Positions 19,864 to 29,088 of a stretch of 64,000 nucleotides of DNA are shown in pieces (position 1 is the first letter of the stretch; the number at the start of each line of letters is the position of its first letter). The translations under genes and the position numbers were made by a program. Source of the stretch: Coprothermobacterota bacterium (GTDB lineage Bacteria; Coprothermobacterota; HKB111); NCBI GenBank assembly GCA_037440465.1, contig JBBIUB010000001.1, positions 64,001-128,000 on the forward strand. The letters run 5' to 3'. Under the pieces are notes generated by a model that was not told the DNA's origin, ran no database searches, and was given only the letters and a program-made list of their open reading frames with translations.

Positions 19864-20751
19864 GTGAAAGAATTCTTAGAATCCTATAAAGGAGAAATAA
19901 AAGAAGTCGTCCTGGGGAAAGAAGGTAAATCACTGATTATAGGTGGAGAAAATACCCTTCCATTTCACACTTTTGAGGGTAAAATGCCCCATCTACCTGT
20001 CCTGGCTTTAGAAGTATGGGACAAAGAACCAGAAAATTGGCCAGAACATCTCTTGAGCAATTTCTCTGATGTAATTTCCTCACCCTTAAAATGGGCTAAA
20101 AAGTGTGTGGATGTATTCAAAGCCGATCTGGTATCCTTATACCTTGCTTCCACAGATTCAGATGAGTTCGACTCTACAAAGGTAGCATTAATGGTAAAAG
20201 AGATAGCTGAATCTCTTCCTGTACCTTTAACTGTTCAGGGTATCGGAGATAAAGATAAAGATGTTATTGTGCTAAAAGAAGTTGCCAAAGTGTGCGCTGG
20301 CGAAAGCTTGCTTTTAGGTCCAGTTGTTAAGGAAAACTACGAAGAAATAGGCAAAGCAGCTCTGGAATTTGGACACTCTATAATTGTCCAGAGCCCTCTT
20401 GACATAAACCTGGCTAAAGAACTAAATGTAAAATTAAGTAAATTCTTCCCCAGAGATAAAATAGTTATAGACCCACTATCTTCTGCCCTTGGTTATGGAC
20501 TTGATTACACTTTCTCAATAATGGAAAGGATAAAACAGGTAGCAGTTATACATGGAGATGACCTTATGAAAATGCCCATGATTGCCAGTATTGGACGCGA
20601 ATGCTGGAAAACTAAGGAAGCTAAAGAGAGTAAGGAACAGGGAGTTCTCTGGGAAGCCATCACCGGGTTAACCTTTACACTTGCAGGCTCAAATCTGGTG
20701 GTTATGAACCACCCCGAAAGTTTAAATTTAATAAGAAAATTAATAAAGTAG
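19864..20751 (+). CDS. acsD: Corrinoid Fe-S protein small (delta) subunit
   Basis: IGGENTLPFHTFEG, PLDINLAKELN, IDP..ALGYGLDY..S.MERI, CWKTKE. Confidence 0.9.
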   Translation: MKEFLESYKGEIKEVVLGKEGKSLIIGGENTLPFHTFEGKMPHLPVLALEVWDKEPENWPEHLLSNFSDVISSPLKWAKKCVDVFKADLVSLYLASTDSDEFDSTKVALMVKEIAESLPVPLTVQGIGDKDKDVIVLKEVAKVCAGESLLLGPVVKENYEEIGKAALEFGHSIIVQSPLDINLAKELNVKLSKFFPRDKIVIDPLSSALGYGLDYTFSIMERIKQVAVIHGDDLMKMPMIASIGRECWKTKEAKESKEQGVLWEAITGLTFTLAGSNLVVMNHPESLNLIRKLIK

Positions 20752-20850
20752 AAAAACACATTATTAATAAAAATAGTAAAAGTAAGCGGATAATACTGCC
20801 TAAACAGATAATTCTCACGGAGAGGAAGGGTAGTTTCGGAGGTATCAGAG

Positions 20851-23040
20851 ATGAAAGTTAAGGACCTTGTATTATATGGTGTTTCCGAAGAATATATTAA
20901 TACCCTCCTCTCCTTTAATTTGACAGAACTCTACCCTCCTCAAGAAGAAGCCATCAAAAAAGGTATCCTTTGTAATAATACTTCTTTTGTAATTTCTTCA
21001 CCCACAGCTTCTGGAAAGACTTTCATAGCAGAGATGACAATATTGAAAACGCTTTTGGAAAAAACAGGTAAAGTAATCTATTTAGTTCCTTTAAAAGCTT
21101 TGGCAAATGAAAAGTTTGAGGAATTCTCCAGCAGATATAAACCCCTCGGATTTAGAGTTAGCCAGAGTACAGGTGATTACGATAGTCTGGACCCATGGCT
21201 TGAAAAAAGTGATATTATTATTTCCACTAACGAGAAGATGGATTCTCTAATCCGCCATCGCGTCTCCTGGCTAATGGACGTAAGCCTGGTTATAGCAGAT
21301 GAAGTCCATCTTATGGGTGATCCAAATAGAGGACCAACTCTTGAGATAGTTCTGGTTCGTTTAAAATCCCTCAATCCGAGAATACGTCTAATCACTTTAA
21401 GCGCTACCGTACCAAATGCTATAGAAATAGCAAACTGGCTCAAAGCAACCCTGGTAGAATCCACCTGGCGACCTGTTCCCCTAAAGGAAGGGGTGTATTT
21501 CGGTGGAACCATTGTCTTCAAAGATGGAAGTATGCGTTGGGTTAATGAAAAAACAAAAGTAGACATGGTAAATCTTGCTATAGATACAATAGAGGAAGAT
21601 GGGCAGGTACTTATTTTTGTTAATACCAGAAAATCTACAGAAGCAACAGCTCACAAGGTTTCAATAGAGGTTGGCAACAGGTTATCTGAAGAAGATAAAA
21701 CCCTTCTTACTGATACCTCGCAGGAAATATTAAACACGCTGTCTGAACCTACCAGAGTATGTAAGAAATTATCTGAATATGTAGCATATGGAGCAGCTTT
21801 TCACCATGCTGGTCTTCATTACAAGCAAAGAAAATTAATTGAAAATAATTTCAAGGATAACAAAATTAAAACTTTAACTTCCACTACTACATTAGCCATG
21901 GGTTTAAACCTCCCCTCAAGAAGAGTAATAATCAGAGACTGGAGAAGATATGAATCAGGTTACGGTATGCGACCTATTCCTGTGATGGAAATAAAACAAA
22001 TGTCAGGAAGAGCTGGCAGACCAAAATATGATGATTATGGTGAGGCAATAATAATAGCTAAAGATAAGAGAGAAGAAAAGTTTATTTTTGAAAATTATAT
22101 AATGGGCAAGCCAGAGTGTATTGATTCACAGTTAGGAAGCGAATCTGTGCTTAGAACTCATGTTCTTGCCTCCATAGCAGGTCTCTTTGCTATGAGCGAA
22201 GGAGACCTTTTCAATTTCATGGGGCAAACCTTCTTTGCCTTCCAAAGAAGACCAGAATCTCTTCATCACATATTGCGTGACATCCTGTTCTTTCTGGAAA
22301 GGGAAGGTATGATTGAAAAAGTAAAGAGTTCTACTAAAAACAAATTAAATTCAAAAATCCGGGCAACCCGATTCGGTGAAAGAGTATCACAATTATATAT
22401 TGACCCTCTATCAGCTGCCGTTCTTAGAGATACTCTTATCCTTGCAGAAGAAAAAAATATCATGACCCCTTTCTCTTTTTTCTACCTCCTCTCTACCCTT
22501 CCAGATATGATGGTCCTGACTTTGAAAAAGAAAGATTTAAGGGAAATGCAACTACTCTTCAAAAAACACAGAGATGAACTACTAACTTCTAATGACTATC
22601 CAACCGATGATACTTTAGCTCAAATTAAAACTGCTACTGCTCTGATGAGTTGGATAGATGAAAATTCGGAGGACTTAATAACCGGTAGATTTGAAATTGG
22701 TCCAGGAGACCTGTATACCATGGTAGAGCGATCGGACTGGCTTTTGTATTCTTCAAGTGAAATAAGCAAAATTTTCAACCTAAAAGAAGCACATAAAGAG
22801 CTTACAAGGTTAAGAAAAAGGGTAGCTTATGGTATTAAAGAAGAACTTCTCCCTCTCGTAAACCTTGATGGAGTTGGTAGAGTTCGTGGAAGAAACCTTT
22901 ATCAAGCAGGGTATAAGTCCCTGAAAGATTTAATGCAAGCAAGGGTTGAAGATATATCCAGAGTTCCTGCAGTTGGTAAAGCTCTGGCTGAAAGCATTAA
23001 AAAACAGGTATCTCCTGATAATAGCTTTGCCCCTCTCTGA
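20851..23040 (+). CDS. hel308: Ski2-like SF2 helicase, archaeal Hel308/Hjm type
   Basis: LYPPQ Q-motif, PTASGKT, DEVH, SAT, WRPVPL, FHHAGL, QMSGRAGRP, G.RVSQLYIDP, C-terminal HhH GVGRVRGRNLY. Confidence 0.9.
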   Translation: MKVKDLVLYGVSEEYINTLLSFNLTELYPPQEEAIKKGILCNNTSFVISSPTASGKTFIAEMTILKTLLEKTGKVIYLVPLKALANEKFEEFSSRYKPLGFRVSQSTGDYDSLDPWLEKSDIIISTNEKMDSLIRHRVSWLMDVSLVIADEVHLMGDPNRGPTLEIVLVRLKSLNPRIRLITLSATVPNAIEIANWLKATLVESTWRPVPLKEGVYFGGTIVFKDGSMRWVNEKTKVDMVNLAIDTIEEDGQVLIFVNTRKSTEATAHKVSIEVGNRLSEEDKTLLTDTSQEILNTLSEPTRVCKKLSEYVAYGAAFHHAGLHYKQRKLIENNFKDNKIKTLTSTTTLAMGLNLPSRRVIIRDWRRYESGYGMRPIPVMEIKQMSGRAGRPKYDDYGEAIIIAKDKREEKFIFENYIMGKPECIDSQLGSESVLRTHVLASIAGLFAMSEGDLFNFMGQTFFAFQRRPESLHHILRDILFFLEREGMIEKVKSSTKNKLNSKIRATRFGERVSQLYIDPLSAAVLRDTLILAEEKNIMTPFSFFYLLSTLPDMMVLTLKKKDLREMQLLFKKHRDELLTSNDYPTDDTLAQIKTATALMSWIDENSEDLITGRFEIGPGDLYTMVERSDWLLYSSSEISKIFNLKEAHKELTRLRKRVAYGIKEELLPLVNLDGVGRVRGRNLYQAGYKSLKDLMQARVEDISRVPAVGKALAESIKKQVSPDNSFAPL

Positions 23041-23080
23041 TTATTTCCCTCAGCTCCAAGGTGTTCCTTTATATTATAAA

Positions 23081-23653
23081 ATTCTAACTCTGGTTATTTA
23101 CCTTGTGCTGCAAAATACAACTGTAAGAATAAGCGTTCAAATGCTTGAAAATCTATTTGATAGATTTGGGGAGAAAGTAAAGTTTGATGGGAGAATTCTT
23201 TCAACCCTTTGAGAACCAAAAGATATGGAAAAATCTACAGAACAAGAAATAAGAAACTTGAAAGTTGGGTATAGGGCAAAGTTCTTTAGGAAAATTACAG
23301 AGCAGTTTGTTAATAAAGAAATTAACGAATTCACTTTAAGAAAAATGCCTAAAGAAGAAGTCAAAAAAGAGATGTTAAAACTCTATGGGATTGGCCCTGC
23401 TTCTGTTGAATATTTGCTTTTTGAACATTTTTACTTTCTCGATGGTTTAGAAACAATCCCACCCTGGGAACAAAAAATAATGTCAATCTTGATATTTAAT
23501 TAAAAATTAGCCACTGCAAAAGAAATTTTGGAATTTTTTGAAAAGAGGTATCTTGGGTGGGAGAAATTAGCATTTCATTATATTTGGGAGGATATCTACT
23601 GGAAAAGAAAACACCAACATATTGAATGGTTGGAAAAAGAGATAAGATTATAA
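23081..23653 (+). pseudogene. HhH DNA glycosylase (AlkA/Ogg-like) pseudogene, 5'-truncated, with two in-frame stops
   Basis: One frame: VLQNTT...LSTL*(TGA 23210)EPK...LKVGYRAK...LYGIGPASV(HhH)...IFN*(TAA 23501)KLA...WEKLAFHYIWED...EIRL*. Confidence 0.8.
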
Positions 23654-23678
23654 CCATACCGTATAAAGTGTGCGAGCA

Positions 23679-23756
23679 ACTTCATATAACAGCGTGTTTC
23701 GACGCTTTGCTAAATCCCTCTGGCACTTCGCAAAGCCCATGAAAGTTGTGCGAAAT
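23679..23756 (+). mobile_element. Degenerate integron attC-like palindrome
   Basis: ...TATAAC at the left and GTTGTGC at the right, inner GCTTTGC/GCAAAGC inverted repeat, ~70 bp, 25 bp after the pseudogene stop. Confidence 0.5.
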
Positions 23757-23856
23757 TGCGGGTGAGAAGACTGAAGGCGATAAAAACAAGATTTGTATAA
23801 ATGAGGAAGGAAAGAGATATTCTATACAGCGCACTCAACTATATAGTGAACTTGTT

Positions 23857-24276
23857 TTAAAACAACCCCAGTTGGCAGTTTATAATCTTTATACCAGAAG
23901 AATTAAAAGCTTTTACAGCCTCAAATAAGAGTCCCTTATATTGAGGAAGGAGCTTCCATAAGAAAGAACATCTCACTTCTCTGCCCTGAGAGGTGAGGAT
24001 TAGCTGGACCAAGGATTCAGCTTGAGGAGTTAAGGAAAGAGAAGCAGTCTTGTTCTGATGGGCGAAACAATCCCAGAAACAACTGGTAATCTTAATACCT
24101 AATCTATCCAGCTCCCTACCTATAAGAAACGTGTCGACCTCCCACAGAGAAGAGGAATTTAGATAAAGTGTACAGGGCCTATCCTTCCTATTAGAAGAAA
24201 GTTCTATTAAAGCCCCATCTAATGTGAGACTGCCATCTCCTAAAGCCTTTTTTAACAGTTCCAAATTACTACCCAC
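23857..24276 (-). CDS. Hypothetical protein, last gene of the AOR-1 operon (possible ACT-like fold)
   Basis: Overlaps the MoaD-like gene stop; no clear family motif. Confidence 0.55.
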   Translation of the reverse strand: MGSNLELLKKALGDGSLTLDGALIELSSNRKDRPCTLYLNSSSLWEVDTFLIGRELDRLGIKITSCFWDCFAHQNKTASLSLTPQAESLVQLILTSQGREVRCSFLWKLLPQYKGLLFEAVKAFNSSGIKIINCQLGLF

Positions 24277-24520
24277 CTGCCACCACAGGGATGAGCTTAA
24301 TCTCTCCTTCTCCCAGAATATCTCCAGGACTGGAAAAGTTACAAACCTTATTTCCTATGATAAGCCTTAGGTTTGCCTCTCTGCTTAAATCAAAGCCATA
24401 GTTGTTTTTAACCCAGGTAAAAAGTTCTTGCAGAGTACTAATATCTTCATCTACTAAAGCTTCAAAAACACCACATAATAAAGCATATCTACCGTAGAAT
24501 TTAATCTTACAGCGAGGCAA
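24269..24520 (-). CDS. MoaD/ThiS ubiquitin-like sulfur carrier
   Basis: 83 aa beta-grasp size, C-terminal PVVAGG. Confidence 0.85.
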   Translation of the reverse strand: MPRCKIKFYGRYALLCGVFEALVDEDISTLQELFTWVKNNYGFDLSREANLRLIIGNKVCNFSSPGDILGEGEIKLIPVVAGG

Positions 24521-26339
24521 GTCCCAACCTCCTTAAGGTCTCTGGAGTTGGCACACCATTTTCATCCCAACCATGAGCCTTATAGTACTCATCAAGCATT
24601 ACTTTAAGGTGAACTGTGGAGCCGGAAGCCGGTCCCTCATTTAAAGGTTCCTCTATAAATCTCCGAGGCAGTTGATCATCTTCTTGAGGGTTCATTCCTC
24701 TTTTAAGGTTGAAAAGCCTCTCCAGGTTAAAAGCTCTCTCTGCAATAAAGAAAAGTTCAGACTCAGCAACCTCTTCTCCTGTAGTATAAGAGATAAGTTC
24801 AGCTATATCCCTGAGAAGTAGAGCATAGGTGGCAAAGGTAGTGTATTTACACACCGAGGCTGAATCAGCTATTACGGAAAAATACTCATGCCACAGAACC
24901 ATGGGGACTTTGCCCTTCTCGGTATAGGGATCCACACATTCTTCATTCCCGAACCACTCCATTCCTTTCCGGGGTTCCATTGATAAAAGTTCAAAGTTAG
25001 GTAAGGCTGTGAGATGGTCTCCCCCTCTGTTAGCTGTCGCTTCAGATAGAGCGAATCCTTTGCCTGTCCTTACATCAAAAGCTGGTAGTTCAAGGCCCTT
25101 AACTTCCAGTGCAAATGAGTCTGAAAATGGAATCTTTTCCTTCATCCTCCTAACTCCATCAGCAAGAAAATCGCCTAAACCTTCTCTGAAGGCGGTCTTC
25201 CTCAGTAGCTCTATAACAAGATCTCCGTCACCCCAGGGTAGTTTTTCTTCTATTAGGCCATTCTGTGAGGCTTCCATCAAAAAGGCGATAGAGGTACCTG
25301 CGGAAATGGTATCCAGACCTAAATCATTACAAAGATAGTTAGCATAGATGATCTTCTCTAAATCTCTGACCCCCACCCTTGAACCCAGGCAAACGAGTGT
25401 CTCATACTCCGGTCCACCTCCTTCCATTGCGTAAAGAGGATTTTCAACTTTTACATAATTCTTACAGTTTAGAGGACAGACCCAGCAGGCTTTTTTGTTT
25501 TTATAGTGTTTTAAATGGAGACTGACTGAGGAGATATTCTCAAAACCATCAAAGACACCCTTCTGGGCATTATAGGAAGACAAACCACCTGAAGCCTGAG
25601 CAATATCCACCAACATAGAAGTTCCGAAACGAGAAAAATCTGGATAGGTCCTGTCTGACTTAATTTTCTGGTGAGCTTCCACAACTTTCTTGAAAAAAGA
25701 GCGAGGGTTCCTTATCCTAATATCCTGACTCCCTTTAACTACAATAGCTTTAAGTCCTTTACTGCCAAATACTGCCCCCAATCCTGTTCTTCCTGCTGCA
25801 TCCCATTCACCATTTAATACACAGGCATATAGCACACTGTTCTCTCCTGCTGGTCCTATTCCTAATATTTTTACTCCCTCACCATGAGTCTCTTTGATAA
25901 TTCTATTTGTTTCTAGCAACCCTTTACCCCACAGATATCTCGCTGATAAGAGTTTAACTGAATCATCTTCAATATAAAGATAGACAGGGTCGGAAGATAT
26001 TCCTCTGATAATCAAAACATCATATCCTGCCCGTTTGAACTCGGGACCAAAGTGACCACCGGAGTTGCTGTAGCCTATTAGTCCTGTTAAAGGAGAGATG
26101 GATTCTATTGTACACCTCCCACTGGCAGGAGCCAGAGTCCCGGTCAATGGGCCTGTGGATATGATTAAAAGATTATCTTTGCTAAAGGGAGAAACAAAAG
26201 GTGGAAGAAAATCATTTAGGATCTTAACACCTAAAGCTCTTCCCCCTAAATAGTCTTTCCTCCAGTCAGTTGGCAGAGAAGTGGCTTTTATCTCTTTACT
26301 CCCTAAATCCACCCAGAGAACTTTGCCTTGATAGGACAT
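24507..26339 (-). CDS. Aldehyde:ferredoxin oxidoreductase family (W-pterin), paralog 1
   Basis: SPLTG, GPAGE, AGRTGLGAVFGSKGLKA, CWVCPLNC, PEYET, DLGLDTIS, RGGDH. Confidence 0.93.
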   Translation of the reverse strand: MSYQGKVLWVDLGSKEIKATSLPTDWRKDYLGGRALGVKILNDFLPPFVSPFSKDNLLIISTGPLTGTLAPASGRCTIESISPLTGLIGYSNSGGHFGPEFKRAGYDVLIIRGISSDPVYLYIEDDSVKLLSARYLWGKGLLETNRIIKETHGEGVKILGIGPAGENSVLYACVLNGEWDAAGRTGLGAVFGSKGLKAIVVKGSQDIRIRNPRSFFKKVVEAHQKIKSDRTYPDFSRFGTSMLVDIAQASGGLSSYNAQKGVFDGFENISSVSLHLKHYKNKKACWVCPLNCKNYVKVENPLYAMEGGGPEYETLVCLGSRVGVRDLEKIIYANYLCNDLGLDTISAGTSIAFLMEASQNGLIEEKLPWGDGDLVIELLRKTAFREGLGDFLADGVRRMKEKIPFSDSFALEVKGLELPAFDVRTGKGFALSEATANRGGDHLTALPNFELLSMEPRKGMEWFGNEECVDPYTEKGKVPMVLWHEYFSVIADSASVCKYTTFATYALLLRDIAELISYTTGEEVAESELFFIAERAFNLERLFNLKRGMNPQEDDQLPRRFIEEPLNEGPASGSTVHLKVMLDEYYKAHGWDENGVPTPETLRRLGLASL

Positions 26340-26761
26340 TAGATGTTCACCTTGACTTTATTTGCAATTCTATTCTTAAGGGATAAAGCGCCTGGAGCAC
26401 AGACTTTTACACAATGAGGGTCACCATTACATAAATCACAGATGTAGACTCCTCCCCAGAGGAGTTCTATATGTACTCCAGCATAAGGACAGGCCTTTAC
26501 ACAATCACCACACAAATCACAAAGTTCTGGTATCAAAATCAAGACACCGAAAGACTCTACAAGAGCCTGTCTACGACAGGCAGGGATGCATTTAAGCTCT
26601 TTGCAGTGAATACAAACCCCGATTTCTACTTTCATACCATCATCCTTAACTCTAACCCTGCTCCTTAAGGAATTAACAACCCCATAATGAGAGAGGGAAC
26701 ATACTGCTTCGCAGGCTTTGCAGGAGGTGCAGAGTTCAGCCTTTATTTCTCTTAATTCCAT
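26339..26761 (-). CDS. 4x[4Fe-4S] DmsB/HycB-like subunit
   Basis: CTSCKACEAVC, CIHC...C..AC, CDLCGDCVKACP, CDLC...C..VC. Confidence 0.9.
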   Translation of the reverse strand: MELREIKAELCTSCKACEAVCSLSHYGVVNSLRSRVRVKDDGMKVEIGVCIHCKELKCIPACRRQALVESFGVLILIPELCDLCGDCVKACPYAGVHIELLWGGVYICDLCNGDPHCVKVCAPGALSLKNRIANKVKVNI

Positions 26762-27900
26762 AAAAGTCCTCCTTTAAGAAGACTGAATTCGGTAAACCCT
26801 AAAATAAAATAAGGTTGCTTACTTTCCTCTTGAGGTTCTAGGAAAGCAGTTACTATAATTTTTTCACCCTGCGGAAGGATGAAGTGTTTATCCTTATATC
26901 TCACTTCTCCGCCAGTCTTCATCTCAAAGAGACGGGACAACTCCTCCTCCCAGTTCAATATTTTTAGATCATCTATAAAGATATCTTCCCTTCTCCCCAG
27001 AAAAGCCAGAACCTCAAAGGGGTGAAGGGTTAATCTATCCTGCTTACTTTTTAGACAGGTCGTAATAATCACCGATTGAGGAGTATTATCTTTCACGAGC
27101 TGGAAAGGATCCACCTCCTGACCCTGCCTGGTCTTTTCAAGGAGATCTAATAAATAAGAAGTTAGGTATCCCTTTATCTCCCGTGGCATCAAAGCCTCAA
27201 GAATCAAAGACCAGTTTCTTTCACCCAGAGCTTCAAGTAGAGGTTCAGGGTAGTAAAGGATATTAACCTCTTCCAGAGCTTTGACCTGTGGTATATGAGA
27301 AAGAGGAGATAAACCTTTTGCAGGGCACACCTGCACGCAAAAACCACACCCCGTACATAACTCTTTGACAATCCCTATCTCCTTGGAAAGAGAGTCTAGA
27401 TAAAGAGCCTTAGCCTCTGTTAGTGCACAAGCAAAAACACAGCGACCACATAGAATGCACTTACCTCTTTCATAAACTAGACTATGTGGCCAGATCCTGA
27501 TCTTACCTTCCACCAGCGGAGCAACTTTATAGTATGAAGAAAAGTCTACACCTACTTCTCTACCCCTGTCTATTAGCTCGCAGAGGGGCTCCTTAAGACA
27601 GGTTAAACACTGAATCTCGTGTTCCTGCCATAATAACTCGAGGATTCCCTTTCTCAGGTTATTTAGTTTTGGAGTTTCAGTAAATACTTTTAAGTCTTCT
27701 CTTGCTGGATAATTGCAGGATGTAGTCACTTCACCATCATTGATTTCCACTAAACAGATACGGCAGTGCCCTCCAGGATGAACACCTCTAAGATTGCAAA
27801 GGGTTGGTATGTAATAACCATTTCTTCTAACTACATCCAGAATGGTTTCTCCCGATAAAAATTCAACTTTTCTGCTATTTACTTCCAAGTTCTCCTCCAA
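26752..27900 (-). CDS. HydA/NuoG N-terminal-like Fe-S subunit lacking an intact H-cluster domain
   Basis: [2Fe-2S] IPTLC...CRICLVE...SC; HxxxCxxCxxxxxC; two CxxCxxCxxxC motifs; no TSCCP or ExMxCxxGC motifs. Confidence 0.8.
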   Translation of the reverse strand: MEENLEVNSRKVEFLSGETILDVVRRNGYYIPTLCNLRGVHPGGHCRICLVEINDGEVTTSCNYPAREDLKVFTETPKLNNLRKGILELLWQEHEIQCLTCLKEPLCELIDRGREVGVDFSSYYKVAPLVEGKIRIWPHSLVYERGKCILCGRCVFACALTEAKALYLDSLSKEIGIVKELCTGCGFCVQVCPAKGLSPLSHIPQVKALEEVNILYYPEPLLEALGERNWSLILEALMPREIKGYLTSYLLDLLEKTRQGQEVDPFQLVKDNTPQSVIITTCLKSKQDRLTLHPFEVLAFLGRREDIFIDDLKILNWEEELSRLFEMKTGGEVRYKDKHFILPQGEKIIVTAFLEPQEESKQPYFILGFTEFSLLKGGLLWN

Positions 27901-29047
27901 AGTCTTTATAAAACTTCCTTAGAAAAATGCTTGCTCCTTTACCCAAACCACAGAGCGATGCCTTCGTCATGAGATAAAGAATCTCCTCTCTTATATATTC
28001 AGGGAGATAAGGCCTTCTGAATAATAGGGATAAGCCGGACCTACAAGGAACACACTTCCCACAGGATTCGGTTAAAGCAGAGTCTAGAAAAGAAACCAGG
28101 TATTGAGAAGGTGAAAAGGGTTCCTCCAGAACCACCAGACCTGCGCCCAAGCCTGTACCAAAGTTCCTAAAGCTTTCAAAACTATAAGGCACTTCAAGCT
28201 CTTCTCTCCTATTAAGAATTATTCCACCCAATCCTCCAATATGAACACCAACATAATCATTAGATAAAAAAGATAGCAAGTCTTTAACTTTTACACCAAG
28301 TGGTGATTCTCCCACATATGTCCCAGAAGAAGTTGTTACGGTTATGATCTTTGTTCCCTGGTTACAATTCTGACTACCCATTTCGGAATATCCATTACCA
28401 TTAAATAGAACCAGGCTTAACTGAGCCAGAGTTTCCACATTACTCACCACCGTTGGGTAACCGAAGAGACCTTTCTCCACAGGATAAGGAGGTTTATCCA
28501 GAGGAAATCCAGCAAAAACCCTCTTATCTATTAAAGATATGAGGGCAGTTTCCTCTCCCTCCACATATCTTCCCCTGGTAAAAAAGAGATGTATCCTGAC
28601 CTTTAAAAGGTCTTCCACCATATGAAAATAGGGTTTCAGCCTATCTCCTTCAGATAAATATTCATGTCTTAAAGCAAAATATACTTCACTAACGCCAAGG
28701 GTTTTAATGGAAGCAGCCAGAGCCAGAACTATTCGCTGAGGCGACCTCCTCAAAAGGAAGAAGTCGCTATATATCCCCTTTTCTCCTTCACAACCGTTAG
28801 CTATCAATATGCGAGGAGGTCTGTTTTTTAAAGCTAATTGCCACTTTAGGTGAAGAGGAAAGCCTCCGCCCCCCCTACCTCTGAGATTACTCCTCTCAAC
28901 TAAGTGAATAATCTCTTCAGAGCTCAAACTCTGTAATCTTTCTAATACTTCACTCAGACTTATATCCCGTAGGATTGACTCTAAGTAGGGAGGTTTGGTC
29001 AAAGTTGTTATTCGGGGTATAACCTTGCCATGCAATTCAACTTTCAA
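27875..29047 (-). CDS. NuoF/HydB-like FMN/NADH-binding subunit, short form
   Basis: LRGRGGGGFP, GEETAL, PPYP, NVETL, ESCGKCVPCR, LCGLG. Confidence 0.88.
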   Translation of the reverse strand: MKVELHGKVIPRITTLTKPPYLESILRDISLSEVLERLQSLSSEEIIHLVERSNLRGRGGGGFPLHLKWQLALKNRPPRILIANGCEGEKGIYSDFFLLRRSPQRIVLALAASIKTLGVSEVYFALRHEYLSEGDRLKPYFHMVEDLLKVRIHLFFTRGRYVEGEETALISLIDKRVFAGFPLDKPPYPVEKGLFGYPTVVSNVETLAQLSLVLFNGNGYSEMGSQNCNQGTKIITVTTSSGTYVGESPLGVKVKDLLSFLSNDYVGVHIGGLGGIILNRREELEVPYSFESFRNFGTGLGAGLVVLEEPFSPSQYLVSFLDSALTESCGKCVPCRSGLSLLFRRPYLPEYIREEILYLMTKASLCGLGKGASIFLRKFYKDFGGELGSK

Positions 29048-29088
29048 GTATAGATACCTCCTTCCTTAATCTATGAAATAAAACAATC

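Noticed and set aside
15175..23040. DEDD exonuclease plus helicase as an MrfAB-like repair or defence pair
   Set aside because: They are about 5 kb apart with unrelated genes between them, and the helicase is Hel308-type without the MrfA C-terminal Cys domain
23210..23212. In-frame TGA as Trp or Sec recoding
   Set aside because: The same frame also has an in-frame TAA and lacks a 5' end. TGA terminates other genes here (hel308, secA) and RF2 is present, so pseudogenisation is the simpler explanation.
23746..23928. 60 aa ORF starting inside the attC-like site as a next cassette gene
   Set aside because: No RBS or motif, and it overlaps the convergent gene end; cannot be supported
26752..29047. 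Functional [FeFe]-hydrogenase or complex I
   Set aside because: H-cluster motifs are absent, there are no maturases, and no other nuo or membrane subunits are present
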